This document shows, in pieces, positions 47,223 through 61,586 of a stretch of DNA of 64,000 nt. The stretch covers positions 124,001 to 188,000 of the forward strand of contig JBEUKZ010000036.1 of the NCBI GenBank assembly GCA_048128005.1. Direction: 5' to 3'. The position numbers and the translations under genes are program-made. Source of the DNA: Veleropilina oligotropha. Lineage: Eukaryota. The first letter of the stretch is position 1, and each line of letters starts with the position of its first letter. The notes beneath the pieces were generated by a model. That model made no database searches. It was given only the letters and a program-made list of their open reading frames with translations, and had not been told where the DNA came from.

Positions 47223-48829
47223 GTTCCCCTCGTTTATCAAGTTACAAAAGGATTTAGTAAGTCAACTTGTACATCAAATGAATTGTGGTACAGAGTGTAA
47301 TGACAAGCATTAAAAGTTCACCTGATTCCAATGTCCGTCTCCCTTGAATTTTGCTTTTTGCCTCAGAAACTTGCACACCGTCTTCGTGTCGTCTGCTAGA
47401 CATGATCTGGTGGTCACGTGACGTGGGTTCTATAAGCTAGTATCGCCATCCTTCAGCTGGCGGCATTCGTAAATGGATATTCGTGAGGGTAATGACATAA
47501 AATCACGGGACAAGGTTTGAGCATGCGAAAAATAACAAAAATCTTATTAATACATTAGAAACATTTTCCAAGTAAAGAAAATGTGTTTCTTTTCTAAATT
47601 CTCCAGCAAAATTGCGTCCAAAAATCATTTTTGAGAGGAAAAATATTTATTTACTTTTTAATTTTTACGATGGGACATGAAAATTACCCCACTTTCTTCA
47701 AAAGCCATCATGCCCTAAACAAAATAATCAACTCTTAACCAAAAATATATATTGAGAATAAATATTTGAAACCCAGATAAGGCAAAAAGAAGTACTGATG
47801 AAAATTTGGCATGATAATATATGAGTATTATTAAAGGGCAGTTTCTTTTGATGGGACACGATTTTTCCCTTTTTGAAATATTGACTATATATATATGCTG
47901 CGATTCCCGACACCTGTAAAATAGATAATAAAATATTAATGAGTTGAAATATTATTTATATCAATAACTCTGGATATAGAAGAACTCGGGATATCAGTAA
48001 CTCTGGATATACAATAACTCGGGACATAACTTAGTATTAAATGTAAATCTATAGCCATTATGACTGGGACCGATAGACTGATAGAGACTGGGGCCGAAAT
48101 GACGGGGACCGATATGGTCTGGGACCGAAACGACCAGCTTCCCTCCAACAGTATCTACAGCTTCTCGGCCCCGCTCAGAGAGTTTAGCCTCGCTCAGACA
48201 TCCCCGCTCAGACACTTTTCAACGGAAGTCACTTAATAATATGTAAAACTATGTAAAAATATGTAAAAACAATAAACATCGTCGACTACCATGGAGTTGG
48301 TATGATTTTAATACGGACAAGGTGATTTAAGGTGAAACTACATCTTTGTATTTATGGTATGTACGATGTTTTTGTGCGTGTCTTTGCGAGGGTACACAGG
48401 GTACATGCAAATGTTAATAGTTGACGCGTGCGTGCAACATAATTTTCACTTTTTGGTAATATTTTTATACGTATGTTGTGTGCGTTTGTGCATGCTCTGA
48501 CGTACGTGCTTGCGAGTGGGATATTATGGTAGCGCGTGTGCGGATGTATGCATATTCTATATTTGAAGCAATAACATGCTGTCATATATTGACGGTTTAT
48601 GGACTTTTCGCCCTGAACAAGTTCGTGCCACGACCGGTTCGCCCCGTATACGCAATTTACCTTCGATGATTCGCTACATTCACATAACGTTAATTCTATG
48701 TATGATTTCAAAACTAAGTGTTTTTTGCATTTTAAATGGGTGAATATCATGAAATTGAACCACCAGATTAAATGCAATTTGAGATTATAATTTAAAGGTT
48801 ACTACCTGGTAACTTGACGATCACATACC

Positions 48830-50100
48830 TAGAATAATAATAATGTATTCACCATAGTACAGCCTATGAAACATGACATCATAATAACAATGCTATTTAC
48901 AATAAATATAATATGAAATAAAAATAATTATTATGACTATAAAATGTATATGATAATGGTATGGCTGAGAGATCTAAAGAAACCCGTAAGGGCTTATAAT
49001 AAGACCACCCAGGTGGTTTTATGGCTTATTATACATAAGTAAGTAAATAAATATAAACATAAAATCAAAAGCACATAATTGTACATTTTTGGTTAGGATA
49101 ACTGAAATAAATATATACATATGTTAATATTGTTATGGCATAATCAATGGAAACAATTTGATATTTATTCAATGTACTTATTTATTAAAATAGATTTAAA
49201 TTTGTTGTTAAAGTGCGAGACGGATAGTGCATGTTTTAGTGAATTATCAAGTGAGTTCCTGGAGAGGCGAGGACCTTGACATTTGATGGAGAATAACCTA
49301 ATATTGGAGCGACATCCAAACAGGTGATAGCTATGTCTGTTTCTTGTATTGTGGGTGTGGATTTGTGCATTTGTTGTAAAGTAGTCAGAAAAACAACTTG
49401 GTAGTTTATTGCAGTGAAATTTGTACATGAAAATGCCAAGTTGTAAGTTATATATATATATCAAATATGGTAAGCTGACGAAGATTGTAGAATAGTACGT
49501 GGATTAGTATGTTCTTAGTAAGATGATAACGATACAATGCGAATAGCTCGCTTTTGTAGTAAGTATAACTTTTGTAAACGTTTTCTATAAGTGCTAGCCC
49601 ATACAATTATACAGTATTGGTAATACGGTAAAACTAGACTGGAGTATATTGTTGTCAAAATGTAAGATGGAAGTGATTGCCTAAGCTCATACAAAATTCC
49701 GATGCCTTTGGCTACTTTTGATTCTATGCTGTGGATGTGTTCCCCCCAATTTAGATGTTCATCAATTGTAACTCCTAGGAATTTCGCTAGTTTAACTTGT
49801 TTTATTATTACATTTTCAATAGATAATATGTCTTCCTGTGCAGGATAGAATTTATTGATTGACGTAAAAATGATAAAATTGGTTTTATTGATGTTAAGAG
49901 ACAATTTATTCAGTTTAAGCCACAGGTAATTACCTTCTTCAGTTCTTCATTCATAATCCGCATCATAGTATGATATTTCTTGTGCCTAAAGAAAATATTT
50001 GTATCGTCCGCAAAAATAATAAATTTTAATATTAGTGATGCGTTAGCTAAATCATTGATATAAATAATAAATAATAAGGGACCAAGGATGGACCCTTGAG
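48830..50100 (-). pseudogene. 5'-truncated LINE (CR1/L2-clade) RT 3' end
   Basis: QGSILGPLLF, FADD (50002-50013), KFLGVTIDEHLNW, LQKRAIR, HTHNTRN; frameshifted. Confidence 0.85.
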
Positions 50101-50603
50101 AAGATCAAAAGAGCACCTGACAACAACTTACCAGATGTGGACAACTTGAACCAATTACTGTATTAATTAAGTAAAGTACTCTTAATCTACTCTTTGACAA
50201 CATTTATGAATTTAAATACACTTTATTCAACATAAAACAAGAACGACGCGTTCAAAATATGTCTTGCCCTTTTTCTTCGATGCAGGCATATAATATGCGA
50301 ACACTCAATGGTGTAGCTGATGCAACTGTCTTGAAACAGGAATTTGCATTTTGTTTTAGATTGTGACGTCATATAATGACGTGGCAATTATAATCCAACA
50401 CGACGTCAATTGATGACGTCATTGAAATATAATCAAAATCTTTGCATACTTTAGCACATTGTTTTCACACAAAAGTGCCTAATACATACATTTTTTAAGA
50501 AAAATGGTCACGAAAGTTATATACACGACCTACAAATAAACACAGTAGTACACATGCCGATTTTGGAGCAAATTGATCCATTAGTTTTCAAAATAATCAG
50601 CGG

Positions 50604-50642
<39 letters not shown>

Positions 50643-50665
50643 TGTATATGTATACATATACATAT

Positions 50666-50873
50666 ATCTATACTATAATCGTGGATAGTTTGTCTGTCTG
50701 TGTGTTCCTATAGGCTCCCAAACAGCTGAACCGATCTCCACCAAATTTTGCATGCAATCCACGGGTACCAAGGGGGTGGTCATGGGGGTGGGGGGGGTTG
50801 GGGGACTTTTTTTGTCCATGCTTTTTGGGGGGGATGATTATTGTTGGGGTGGGGAGACAGGTGCCCTGGCTAG
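50666..50873 (+). mobile_element. Short non-autonomous Helitron
   Basis: 5' TCTATACTATAAT, GTCT microsatellite, 3' CAGGTGCCCTGG-CTAG followed by T. Confidence 0.6.
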
Positions 50874-51959
50874 TGTATATATATATATACACACGGACCA
50901 TTTGATAATTTCATGTCATTTTTTACAAAAAGGTCACGACATAAAAATAACGTAACATCGTGAATTTAAACAATATTTACGTTATTTCATTATGCATGTA
51001 TATTAAACTAACTAAGTTTATTAAGTTGCCTAAATGAAATATTAAGAAGTTATTTTTAAAAACACATTTGCATAATGTAGCCTCTACTTCATAATATATT
51101 AGTATCAATGTAATACATTTTAATTGTATTAATCATGATAAGAGTAATTTATTATAGTAACTAGTGCCGTGGTGAAATTGTACTTCATTAACCCTTTATT
51201 AGCTTGGGGCGAAACATCCAGGGATCTGGGGCATTGATCCCCTTGGTGTGAATATGCTTTGGCAAAATACAAATAGAGAACAGTTAAGTTAGGGCGAGTT
51301 CGTATAACTAGAAGTAAGTTAACTGCATACTAACTTTTTTTTTCCATTGTTTGATATAAATGAAGATTACCACATCACCACCACACGCACACACACAAAC
51401 ACACACGGCTACATTACACATCATACTTGTGTTAAAGATATAATATTTTACGATATGTCAAGCCCTACTGTTTGTAAACATTCTTGACAATAAACTCTGT
51501 TTAACTTTAAATCTGATCATTTTCCCAGCAAGGCTTGGAGAAGTTGAATGATATTGTGATCAAAGTTTAATTCCAATCAACTAATCACAAAAGCAATAAT
51601 ATCATTCAAGCTAGTAAGGAAAAAGAGAACAAATATTACTACAAGGAAGTCTGAATGAAAATCAGTCCATATGAAGTGTATTTAAACTGCCTAACCATAA
51701 CGAAAAGGCTGTATTAAATACATTGAGCAGTCAGTCAAACCTGCAATATATAAATATTTGTATTAACATGCTCATGAGGTAATGTAACTTGATTTTTCAG
51801 ATATAAAGTGATGGATATAAATGAAGTTCAATGAAAGTAAACATATGAGTTAAACATATTTTATGTTACCATATAGGTGAAGCTTTTACTACCTACTCAA
51901 AATCATATTTAATTAAATGGCATAAAGGAATTGTTTGCAAATATTTGTTTTATGTATTT

Positions 51960-54000
51960 AGCATTTTTGGCCTGCATGCAAAGCATAATTCTCGCCTGTT
52001 ATGATGATGTCCGTCCGGCCGGCCGCATGGCCGCCGGCATTGAATGTTAGTTTTTACATTAAGTGGGCACACTCTGTTGCATTCTAAATTGACTTCTATT
52101 AAGAAGATTTATTGAACAACAAGGCTCAGTGAACACACTTAAAGATTGGAAGATAAATATGAAGTTATAATATAAAAGTAAAATGTTATTTTTTTGTTAA
52201 TGTTCTCGATGTTTTTCAATCATGCTATATATGCTCTATTGGACTTTCTCTTTCTCTATTGGACTTTCAAGTACTTTCAATCCTGCTGTATACTTTATAA
52301 ATACTCAAATACACTATGTAACATCATTTTATAAATGATATGTTCATTACAATCATGGCAATTGTAGCCATGTAATATTGAGGACAATTTAACTGAAATG
52401 TTTCTTAAAAAATGCTGTCTTTGGTTAATGTTATTCATTTTTGTCTCGCCCAGGATGGAAAGCGAGAATAAGGGATTACACTTTCAAACGTCGTCGGCTG
52501 CATGTCATATTTGGTTAATGTTTTTCATTCATGTTATATATGCAATCATGAGCATTCTTTAGCATTATATACATGTATATTCCTATGTCTCATGACATTT
52601 TCTCAGTAATATTGAAGGTAATTTAATTAATAAATACCCTAAAATGTTACTTTTGGACTTAGCAAATTTTGGTTAAAGTTTTTTCTTTCATGCTTTTCAT
52701 TCCACCTTGGGTACTATTTAACATCTTTGATGCTGTATATGGTTATTCCTATGTCTCGTGACACTATAGCTGTAATATTGAAGGTAATTTAATTATTAAA
52801 TAGCCTAAAATGTTAATTTTGTACTTAGCAAATTTTGTTAAAGTTTTTCTTTCAGGCTGTATATTCTTCTATCATAGGTATTATTTCATATCTTTTTGCT
52901 ATATATGGTTATGCATGCCTCATCACATTATAGAACTATGTATTATTGAATGTAAATTATTTACATATAAATACCCTAAGATGTTCCTTTTGGATATACC
53001 AAGATATACTTTATATCGCAAATATTACAGCCAATTTAGATCACCATATGGAAGAGCCATCTTAGTATTACAAGAAGGACATTAATGACAAATGTTCATC
53101 GCTGCAGTATCATAACATTGAAATCACCCTTCTTGAGATGCTTACCCCTTCAAGAATGCAATTAGTCTGTGTATACTGTCGATCCAAAGAAAATATGAAG
53201 AGCATTTGTGAAGCTTTAGACCATTTCAATAAATTCCTAATTGTAAACATTTCAGTGGTCATCATGGGTGATTTTAATATTGATATTTTAAATCTTATCA
53301 TGATTACAAATCAAAACAACTCATATCAAAGATGATGAAAAATGGATCTAGATTACTGACAGACACAGTCACGACCAATGGTCTAACAGCTATAGACCAC
53401 ATATATTATAATATCAACTCTACTGTCTGCCACCAAGGATACCTGGAATCATATTACAGCTATCATAAAATTATATGGTTTTCCATGAAAAAGACCATGG
53501 TGTTTAGACTTTTCTGTGAAGTTTTAAATGTGCTTAAATTAAACTGTTTGATAATACATGTACATACCGTACCGTGGTTCTTGTTTCTATATAAGGTACC
53601 ATATGCACTATTTAGTATCATTTTATGTTTGATATGCTTATTACAATCATGAATGTCCCTGGCTACTGTAGCTATAATATTGAATACAATTTAAATGAAA
53701 TTTTACGTCACTTACCTGACTTTTGGACCAATATTTTGTTAAAGCTTTCAGTTAATATTTTTCAATTGTGCTTGATAACATACATTATTTAGTATAATTA
53801 TTTTGCTTGGTATGTTTTTCACTATGTCACTGGCCACTGTAGCAATAATATTGAAGACAATTTAAGTGATATTTTACCTCAAAATGATGCATCTGCTCTT
53901 CAATAGATTGTTAAAGTTTTTCAATCATACTATATATTGGACCACATGCACTATTTATCATAATTTTAGGTTTAATTTGTCTATAAAGATATCCCTGGTC
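51960..54000 (+). mobile_element. Degenerate Helentron/HINE tandem units
   Basis: GTCCGTCCGGCC microsatellite and repeated TTTTGGTTAAAGTTTTT / AATATTGAAG units like those at 19210-20352. Confidence 0.5.
53090..53480 (+). pseudogene. AP-endonuclease (EEP) fragment of Helentron type
   Basis: VYCRS, IMGDFNID, TTNGLTAIDHIY, ESYYSYHK across two frames. Confidence 0.6.
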
Positions 54001-56084
54001 ATTGATGTTGCTTGACTAATCTCTAGATATAAGCCACCATGTGAATGAAGCGCTGTTTCATGTAAGCCATTTGAAGTTTTCGCTTTATTTCAGTGAACTG
54101 AGCTGCATATGTAAACTAATACGTTTATTGGGAATGGAGAAGATCTAGTTCTGTAGACCCATCGGAAGAAGGGATGTACGTTATCGAGATATTTCCTTGT
54201 GTGCCGTCTGGCCCTGCCATTCTCTTAGTTCATGACACTGGTAATTGTAAAATAACTTTCAAATTATTCTTTCTTGCATATGTAGGACTATCTGTGTTTT
54301 AGTGTCATATCAGCAACTAAATCTTTTACAATTATGACTAGGATTGAAGATATTTTAAATGAACAAGATGAAGTAAGTACCTGTATTCCAAACATCATTT
54401 TCTTATTTAATTGCGCGTTTGTATGCCAACTGTGCACATTGTTATCATTCAAAGTGATGTGGTATTTTTGGTGTTTAGAATATATGACAATATCAAGATT
54501 CATGTTCTCTCTGGCATATAAGAATCTTATTTTTCACAGAAAGTAAATGATAGTGTAGTGTTAGGACTTTATTATAATTTGTTTGCTTACTTTTTGTATA
54601 ATGTACTTTCAGGTTGGGATAAGAAGTATGGCGAATTCATAAGAGGGGTGACAAAGTTGATAAGACAGTGGTTTTGTATGACTTATGTATGTAAATCAAA
54701 GAATTGCTTTCTCCTATACACAAGATAGATAGAAATGTCACAATGAGAATCCCTGTATATGCAGCAGAAGAATCAGTCTCAGCTCTGTATCAGCAGGGAA
54801 TGATTATCAACTGATTACTATCATGTATAATATTACAAAACATGAGGAACTGAAAAATGTTTTTGGAACAGGTTGTGATTATGGTATCAATAACAATAAA
54901 GTTGAAACTTATTATATAAAACTCTGCCGTTTCGCTTAACCACAAAGCCAATACTGGTAGTTGAGCTACTGCTCTTTTATGATCACACTGAGGAAAACTT
55001 TCATCCTAGGGAAAGCAGCTCCCATTTGCATTTGTACAGTAGTAAAGCAGATATGTGACAAAATTGTGCATTTTGTGGTAAAAGCATGACACTTGACAAG
55101 AAGTTAGAACATGCCATTGTGAATATTTGAGATATAGAAGCATTCCATAAAGGCATTCTTGACGCGATGGCCACCGTTATTTAAAATGGCCACCAAAATC
55201 CACTTTCTTTTGCATGAATGTAAATATGTACTGTCAGCATTTTAAAAGCATGTATCTTCATATATTTTTAGATTCATGTTTTCCATAGTTCATTTAACAA
55301 TGATTTTACTCCCTAATGACAGGAGTGCTTCAGAAAGGACCATGTACTCTGGAATCTTTTTTATGGTAACTACCATCTGATTTGTGACAAAATTGTGCTT
55401 CTCTTGGTAAAAGCATGCCATAGAAGATATGTTTGATATAGGGGCATTCCATATGTATCCTGAAACGGTCATGACTGCCATTTTGAAATGTGACATATAT
55501 TGACAATAATTTGTCGCAAAAACGGTGAATGCTTGTGGTGTTATATATTTAATTTATCTGCTTTATAATATAAAAAGGTGCCAGCTATCCATATCTAATG
55601 CTTTGGGCTGGCATACCTTTGCTTCAAGTCTGTTCTGCTCCCAGTCGACGATACCTCAGATTTATCAGTCACGGTAGTCCATAACCGCCGAGTGTGGGTT
55701 TTACCCGATAAGCCAGACCTTCCTCCCAAGATGATATGGTGTCATGTCCCAATCAGATCATATACTGTATATTAAAACGAGACAATAAACACGCTTTGGA
55801 ATGAAGTGTTTACTCTTACTTGTACAGGTTATTCTTGCCAACATTACTCCACAATGATTGACAGGGAGGAGTTCTCGATATGCATTAGTGATATGTGACA
55901 GCGATTCCCACATTGGAGTCCATGTGCCGGTTGTACCTCGTTGCTATCCCCATTCATATGGGCTTGGGGGTTCAGGTGCCAGAACGAACATCTGATTTCA
56001 GCAGCGCACAGACTGGAACACAGCCCTTATGTGCTGCAGATGAGATGCTTTTGTAGGCGGTTCTGTACCTTTCTTCGTGAATAC

Positions 56085-56670
56085 GGGGCCGACCGGTAGC
56101 TGAGTGGATTAAGAGCTCCCTCCAAATCTATTTGACCTGTCTACTATGTCACTTCAGTGTGGGTTCAAATCCACTCGATGGCAATATTTGCACTACTGAC
56201 CGGTGCAGGTGTGTTTCACTGGTTACTGTAGGGTTTCCTCCCACCATAATATCGACATTGGGAGGAAAACAATCACTCACTCACTTCTTGGTGAAGACCA
56301 TTTTATGCACATCATTAACATGATCTAGGCTGCTATATATATATATTTATAACAACAATTATAAATATAGAGCACTCGATAGAACGCATACCTCTGTCGA
56401 ACAGAAGGGTGTCTGTGGCCGACTGGTTAACGAGCTTGCTTCAAATCTACTTGACCTATCTGCAGTGTCGTTAACATTGTGGGTTCGCGCCTGCTCGATG
56501 GCAATTTTTGCGTTATCCGACACTATTGTCCCTAACTGGCTGGCTGGCGCGTTGGTTTCACGATTATTGCGGGATCCCCACACACACACACACACGTACA
56601 CACCATAATATGGACATGTCCCGGTATGACTCGAAAGGGTGTGTTAAATGGACAAAACACACTCACTCGC
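56085..56670 (+). mobile_element. Two related tRNA-derived SINE copies
   Basis: TAGCTGAGTGG / GGTTCAAATCC boxes and GGTTTCCTCCCACCATAAT at 56085-56285; diverged second copy at ~56410-56670. Confidence 0.5.
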
Positions 56671-57959
56671 TCTGCTGAGCAGACAGACGTCCGGATCTTT
56701 CCAAAAATATAAGCGATTATTCCTCAGGGACATGAGCAATCATCCTTGAATAGTATGCACAGATGATCTGATTCATCCAAATCCGTTCAGAACATATTGA
56801 GCTCTTGCTGATGGAAAGACTGGTATAAAAGTATAACCTCATTGGCATAGGTTAAAATGAATATGTAGAACCATTCATACTATAAAATTCATTTCTATGG
56901 TTAAATTCTTTAAAATAGTTGTGAAACATCGTTTCGTCATCATCACTGGGTTTGACATCACCGTTATTTTATATAAATATAGGATGCAAATATTAATGGT
57001 GTGTTTACAACAAATTCTGTATTTAATAAAAAAAACACTAAAAAGTAACAGACAAAACTATAGGTCATTTTATTCAATTGATATATTTTTATAGCTTGAT
57101 CAGAAGTCGTCGGCAGGATAACTCAAAGACTGTTTGATCGCATGGATAGAGCCCCTTGAATAGACATTCAGTTCTGCAAGCTTGAACCTGTGTGTTGTTG
57201 ATACTGCACAAGTATTCCCTAGCACCATAAAGATGCGGCAAGTTGTACATAAGAGTGAGTCGTCCATCTGAAGCAACGGGATTTCTGTTTGGTCGAATTC
57301 TGTGTGTTCCACATTAGAACTAGACGATCCAATTGTTCCTATAAATATATGAGCGCTGAAGTATGATTGTATATGATATTCAAAGTAATAGAATATTACT
57401 GTGTTCAAGGCATGGCAGCGAAAGGACAGTAAGTGCTCCGTTCTATTCTGTCTCTCCAGACAATCACACCCAAACTATGGAGGCCATATAGGCACAATAA
57501 TTGAGTCCAACCCAAAACCATATCAAGAAGAAAAAATAAGCGATGTCTAGTTGCCGAATGGCACATATGGCATGAACACACTGTGGAAGACATAAGTGGA
57601 ATACCGTAAGACGCATACCCCAATAATGTGACCGAAGGCCCAATGTTAATTGCTATTCTCAGCAATCTTGCCCAAAGCATAAGAGATGGAGAAATGCTGT
57701 GCAGCGCAGATGCTCATGGAGATGCTGGAAATCGGCTATAGGGTGCATCAAGGGGCTGCAGTATCAGACCCCAATAATTGAAGGAAAGGCGCAAGTCTGT
57801 ATCACGACCAAACCATGCAGATGCACGAATACAGCTTCCGTTTAATACAGATGCTCTTGTAGACAATTGAGGCAAATATACGGTATATAGTGAAACAAAC
57901 ATACAGTAACAATGATTTTCCAAAAAGGAGTATATACTTGTATAATTTTCATGAAGCAA

Positions 57960-58310
57960 ACCAGTAAATTCTTCAATATCCTTTAAATACTGAAACATTC
58001 ATCCAAATTTGCATATGCTGCTTTCGTAAAAAAGACCACCAGCATTCTATCCTCTGGTTGTAGTTACTTGAACCATACAGGGAACAATTTCTGGCATACA
58101 CATCATCATGGTCAAAGCGTAAAAAGAGTTGCATCTGTTCTATGTGACCGTTCTCAGTTTCCATGTTTGCTCGTATTCGCGCATGGCAACCTTGTCTCGA
58201 CATAATTACATCAATATAGTAACCAGCAACTACTTTCGGATTACTATTTGTGGAATATGCTTGCATACATATTATGTTCCTGGAGAAACCATAATTAATG
58301 CCCGTTGATC
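57960..58310 (-). pseudogene. Integrase-core fragment of IS3EU-like transposon
   Basis: STNSNPKVVAGYY, RANMETEN, GSSNYNQRIECWWSFLRK. Confidence 0.65.
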
Positions 58311-60950
58311 AACAACGATAGACGACATCCCCGCTCAGACAGTTAAACATCCCCGCTCAGAACGTTGAACCGATAAGGCACATTAAACGTTATATATGAC
58401 CGTGAACGCATCATCGTTAGAAATATATGCTCGTGCATTATATTTCGCAAGCAAATTATCGCATATATTAAATCATACCAGATAGATAAGGAAAGACAGA
58501 AGACATCTCCGTTCAGAACGTTGAACGGATAAGGCTCATTAAACTTTAAATAAAAGTCTATAATAGATGACGACGCATGCATCATCGTCGGATATATAGA
58601 TTCGTGCATGATATTTGGCATTGAATTACCGCATATATTAATTCATGTTGGATAGATCAACAACGATAGATGACATCCCCGCGTTAACTCGTACCCAGGG
58701 ACGAGTCAACTCGTACCCAGGTCAATAACATTGTTTATGGATGTCGGAGCGCAACGTAGTATGACATTTTGCATGCAATTTGGGTAATATATGTTAATAC
58801 AGATCGTACCCAGTTAATATACGTAGTATACTAACAAAAGACGAATCAGGTCATAGATAATAAATATAGTTGAAATTGGACTACAGTATACTAGTTTAGG
58901 AATACTTTTTCATTGATTTTTGTTTATTGTCACAACTTTAAAAGCTGATATATAAATGTCTATGATATATGACCCCGCACGCATCATTGTCGAAAATATA
59001 GGATGGTGAATTATATTTTAACATCGTATTGCCGCATATATTAATTAATGTCCGTAGATCAACAACGATAGACGACATCCCCGCTCAGACAGTTAAACAT
59101 CCCCGCTCAGAACTTTGAACCGATAAGGTTCATTAAACTTTTGTTGTGGTATATAAATGTCTATAATATATGACCCCGCACGCATAATTGTCGAAAATAT
59201 AGGATGGTGAATTATATTTGGACCTCGTATTGCCGCATATATTAATTAATGTCCGGTAGATCAACAACGAAAGACGACATCCCCGCTCAGACAGTTAAAC
59301 ATCCCCGCTCAGAACGTTGAACCGATAAGGCTCATTAAACGTTTGTTGTTGCATATAAAACTCTATAATATATGACCCCGCACACATCATTGTCATAAAT
59401 ATATGATGGTGAATTATATTTGGACATCGTATTTCCGCATATATTAATTAATGTCCGTAGATCAACAACGATAGACGACATCCCCGCTCAGACAGTTAAA
59501 CATCCCCGCTCAGAACGTTGAACCGATAAGGCACATTAAACGTTATATATGACCGTGAACGCATCATCGTTAGAAATATATGCTCGTGCATTATATTTCG
59601 CAAGCAAATTATCGCATATATTAATTCATACCAGATAGATAAGGAACGATAGAAGACCTCTCCGCTCAGAACGTTGAACGGATAAGGCGCATTAAACTTT
59701 AAATAAAAGTCTATAATAGATGACGACGCATGCATCGTCGTCGGATATATAGATTCGTGCATGATATTTGGCATTGAATTACCGCATATATTAATTCATG
59801 TTCGATAGATCAACAACGATAGATGACATCCCCGCGTCAACTCGTACCCAGGTACGAGTCAACTCGTACCCAGGTCAATAACATTGTTTATGGATGTCGA
59901 AGCGCAACGTAGACGAATCAGGTCTTAGATAATAAATATAGTTGAAATTGGACTACAGTATACTAGTTTAGGAATACTTTTTCATTGATTTTTGTTTATT
60001 GTCACAACTTTAAAAGCTGATATATAAATGTCTATAATATATGACCCCGCACGCATCATTGTCGAAAATATAGGATGGTGAATTATATTTTAACATCGTA
60101 TTGCCGCATATATTAATTAATGTCCGTAGATCAACAACGATAGACGACATCCCCGCTCAGACAGTTAAACATCCCCGCTCAGAACTTTGAACCGATAAGG
60201 TTCATTAAACTTTTGTTGTGGTATATAAATGTCTATAATATATGACCCCGCACGCATAATTGTCGAAAATATAGGATGGTGAATTATATTTGGACCTCGT
60301 ATTGCCGCATATATTAATTAATGTCCGGTAGATCAACAACGAAAGACGACATCCCCGCTCAGACAGTTAAACATCCCCGCTCAGAACGTTGAACCGATAA
60401 GGCTCATTAAACGTTTGTTGCATATAAAAGTCTAAAATATATGACCCCGCACACATCATTGTCAAAAATATAGGATGGTGAATTATATTTGGACATCGTA
60501 TTGCCGCATATATTAATTCATGTCCGTAGATCAACAACGATAGACAAAGCCCCGCTCAGACAGTTAAACATCCCCGCTCAGAAAGTTGAACCGGTAAGGC
60601 TCATTAAACGTTTATTACGATATATAAAAGTCTATAATCTATGACCGTGAGCTCATCATCGTCTGAAATATATGCTCGTGCCTTATATTTCGAAAGCAAA
60701 TTGTCGCATATATTAATTCATACCAGATAGATAAGGAACGACAGAAGTCAGCCCCGCTCAGAACGTTGAAACGATAATGCTTATTAAACGTTTATTGTGA
60801 TACATAAAAGTCTATCATATATGACCGTGGACACATTTTCGTCGGATATACAGATTCGTGCAATATATTTGGCATCGATTTGCCGCATATATTAATTCAT
60901 GTTCGACAGATCAACAACGATCATAGATGACATCCCCGCTCAGACCGTTA
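58307..60950. repeat. Tandem array of ~170-190-bp units with a ~1.1-kb higher-order duplication
   Basis: Each unit begins GATCAACAACGATAGACGACATCCCCGCTCAGA; near-identical blocks lie 1153 bp apart (cf. ORFs 58343 and 59496). Confidence 0.92.
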
Positions 60951-61319
60951 TAAATACATGACCTTGAAAAGTGTCTGAGCGGGGATGTCTGAGCGAGGCT
61001 AAACTCTCTGAGCGGGGCCGAGAAGCTGTAGATACCCCTCGCTTCCCACGCAGTGTTGTGAACTCGATGTAGGCCAGTGTTTAAATCTCAAAAAGGTCAC
61101 AAAAGCCTCATAGCGCATTGAGAATGGAGTTGTGGCATGCTATTAACCCTGTAAGTAGTTTTTACGCATTATTTATCCGTACAGCTACAAGGTGATTTAT
61201 TTCGGTTGATAAATTCGGAAATCCCCCGAATCTTGTTATTTCGACATCATAACATTTGAACGCATGTTCTAGTATCAAATCAACAAGTTTTTCGTGATTT
61301 ATGCAGTCAGCAGGTTGGT

Positions 61320-61410
61320 GAGATGTCACTTTTCGGTATATATATGCAGTCAAACAACAAAAATCGAGCAAATATAAGTATATGAGAGGCTATATTATAA
61401 GTAAATAATG
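61320..61410 (+). repeat. Fragment of the MITE that hosts the DIRS
   Basis: GTCACTTTTCGG...CAGTCAAACAACAAAAATCGAGCAAATATAAGTATATGAGAGGCTATA matches the reconstructed empty site. Confidence 0.7.
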
Positions 61411-61586
61411 GTCTCGATAGACTATATATATAGGTTACAGGCACGTAACCAAAACCACGTGATCATCGAGTCGTCCGCTATCGCGAAAGGGCAACACTCT
61501 TAGCAGTCAATCACATGAATACTGGTCAATACGGTAAATATCTGTAGAAATCAATAAAATACGTCTGAAGGAGCGAGCATTCAGTT

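Larger units (their letters stand above)
27157..47887 (-). mobile_element. Sola-like DDD transposon, interrupted by the Polinton-like virus
   Basis: TIR (C/T)AGTCAATATTTCAAAA.GGGAAA at both ends, TATA on both flanks (4-bp TSD), recurrent GAGTGTAATGAC motif on both sides of the viral insertion. Confidence 0.75.
25465..48142 (-). mobile_element. MULE (Mutator-like) transposon, outer layer of the nest
   Basis: Repetitive imperfect TIRs (TCGGCCCCAGTCT units at 25477-25518; inverted AGACTGGGGCCGA / GGGACCGA units at 48062-48142) and internal MULE transposase exons. Ends approximate, no TSD found. Confidence 0.6.
48151..61035. mobile_element. 12.9-kb TIR element (MULE/Foldback-like) carrying nested fragments and a subterminal satellite
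   Basis: ~71-bp TIRs GTATCTACAGCTTCTCGGCCCCGCTCAGAGAG... (48151-48221 / 60964-61035) with no mismatch seen; no TSD recognised; no own transposase. Confidence 0.8.

Noticed and set aside
53700..57900. Possible host gene exons
   Set aside because: Only short motif-less ORFs and isolated splice-like sites; no coherent gene model.
58307..60950. Possible CRISPR-like array and duplicated 92-aa ORFs
   Set aside because: The sequences between motifs are homologous to each other, there are no cas genes and the context is eukaryotic; it is a tandem satellite and the ORFs are incidental.
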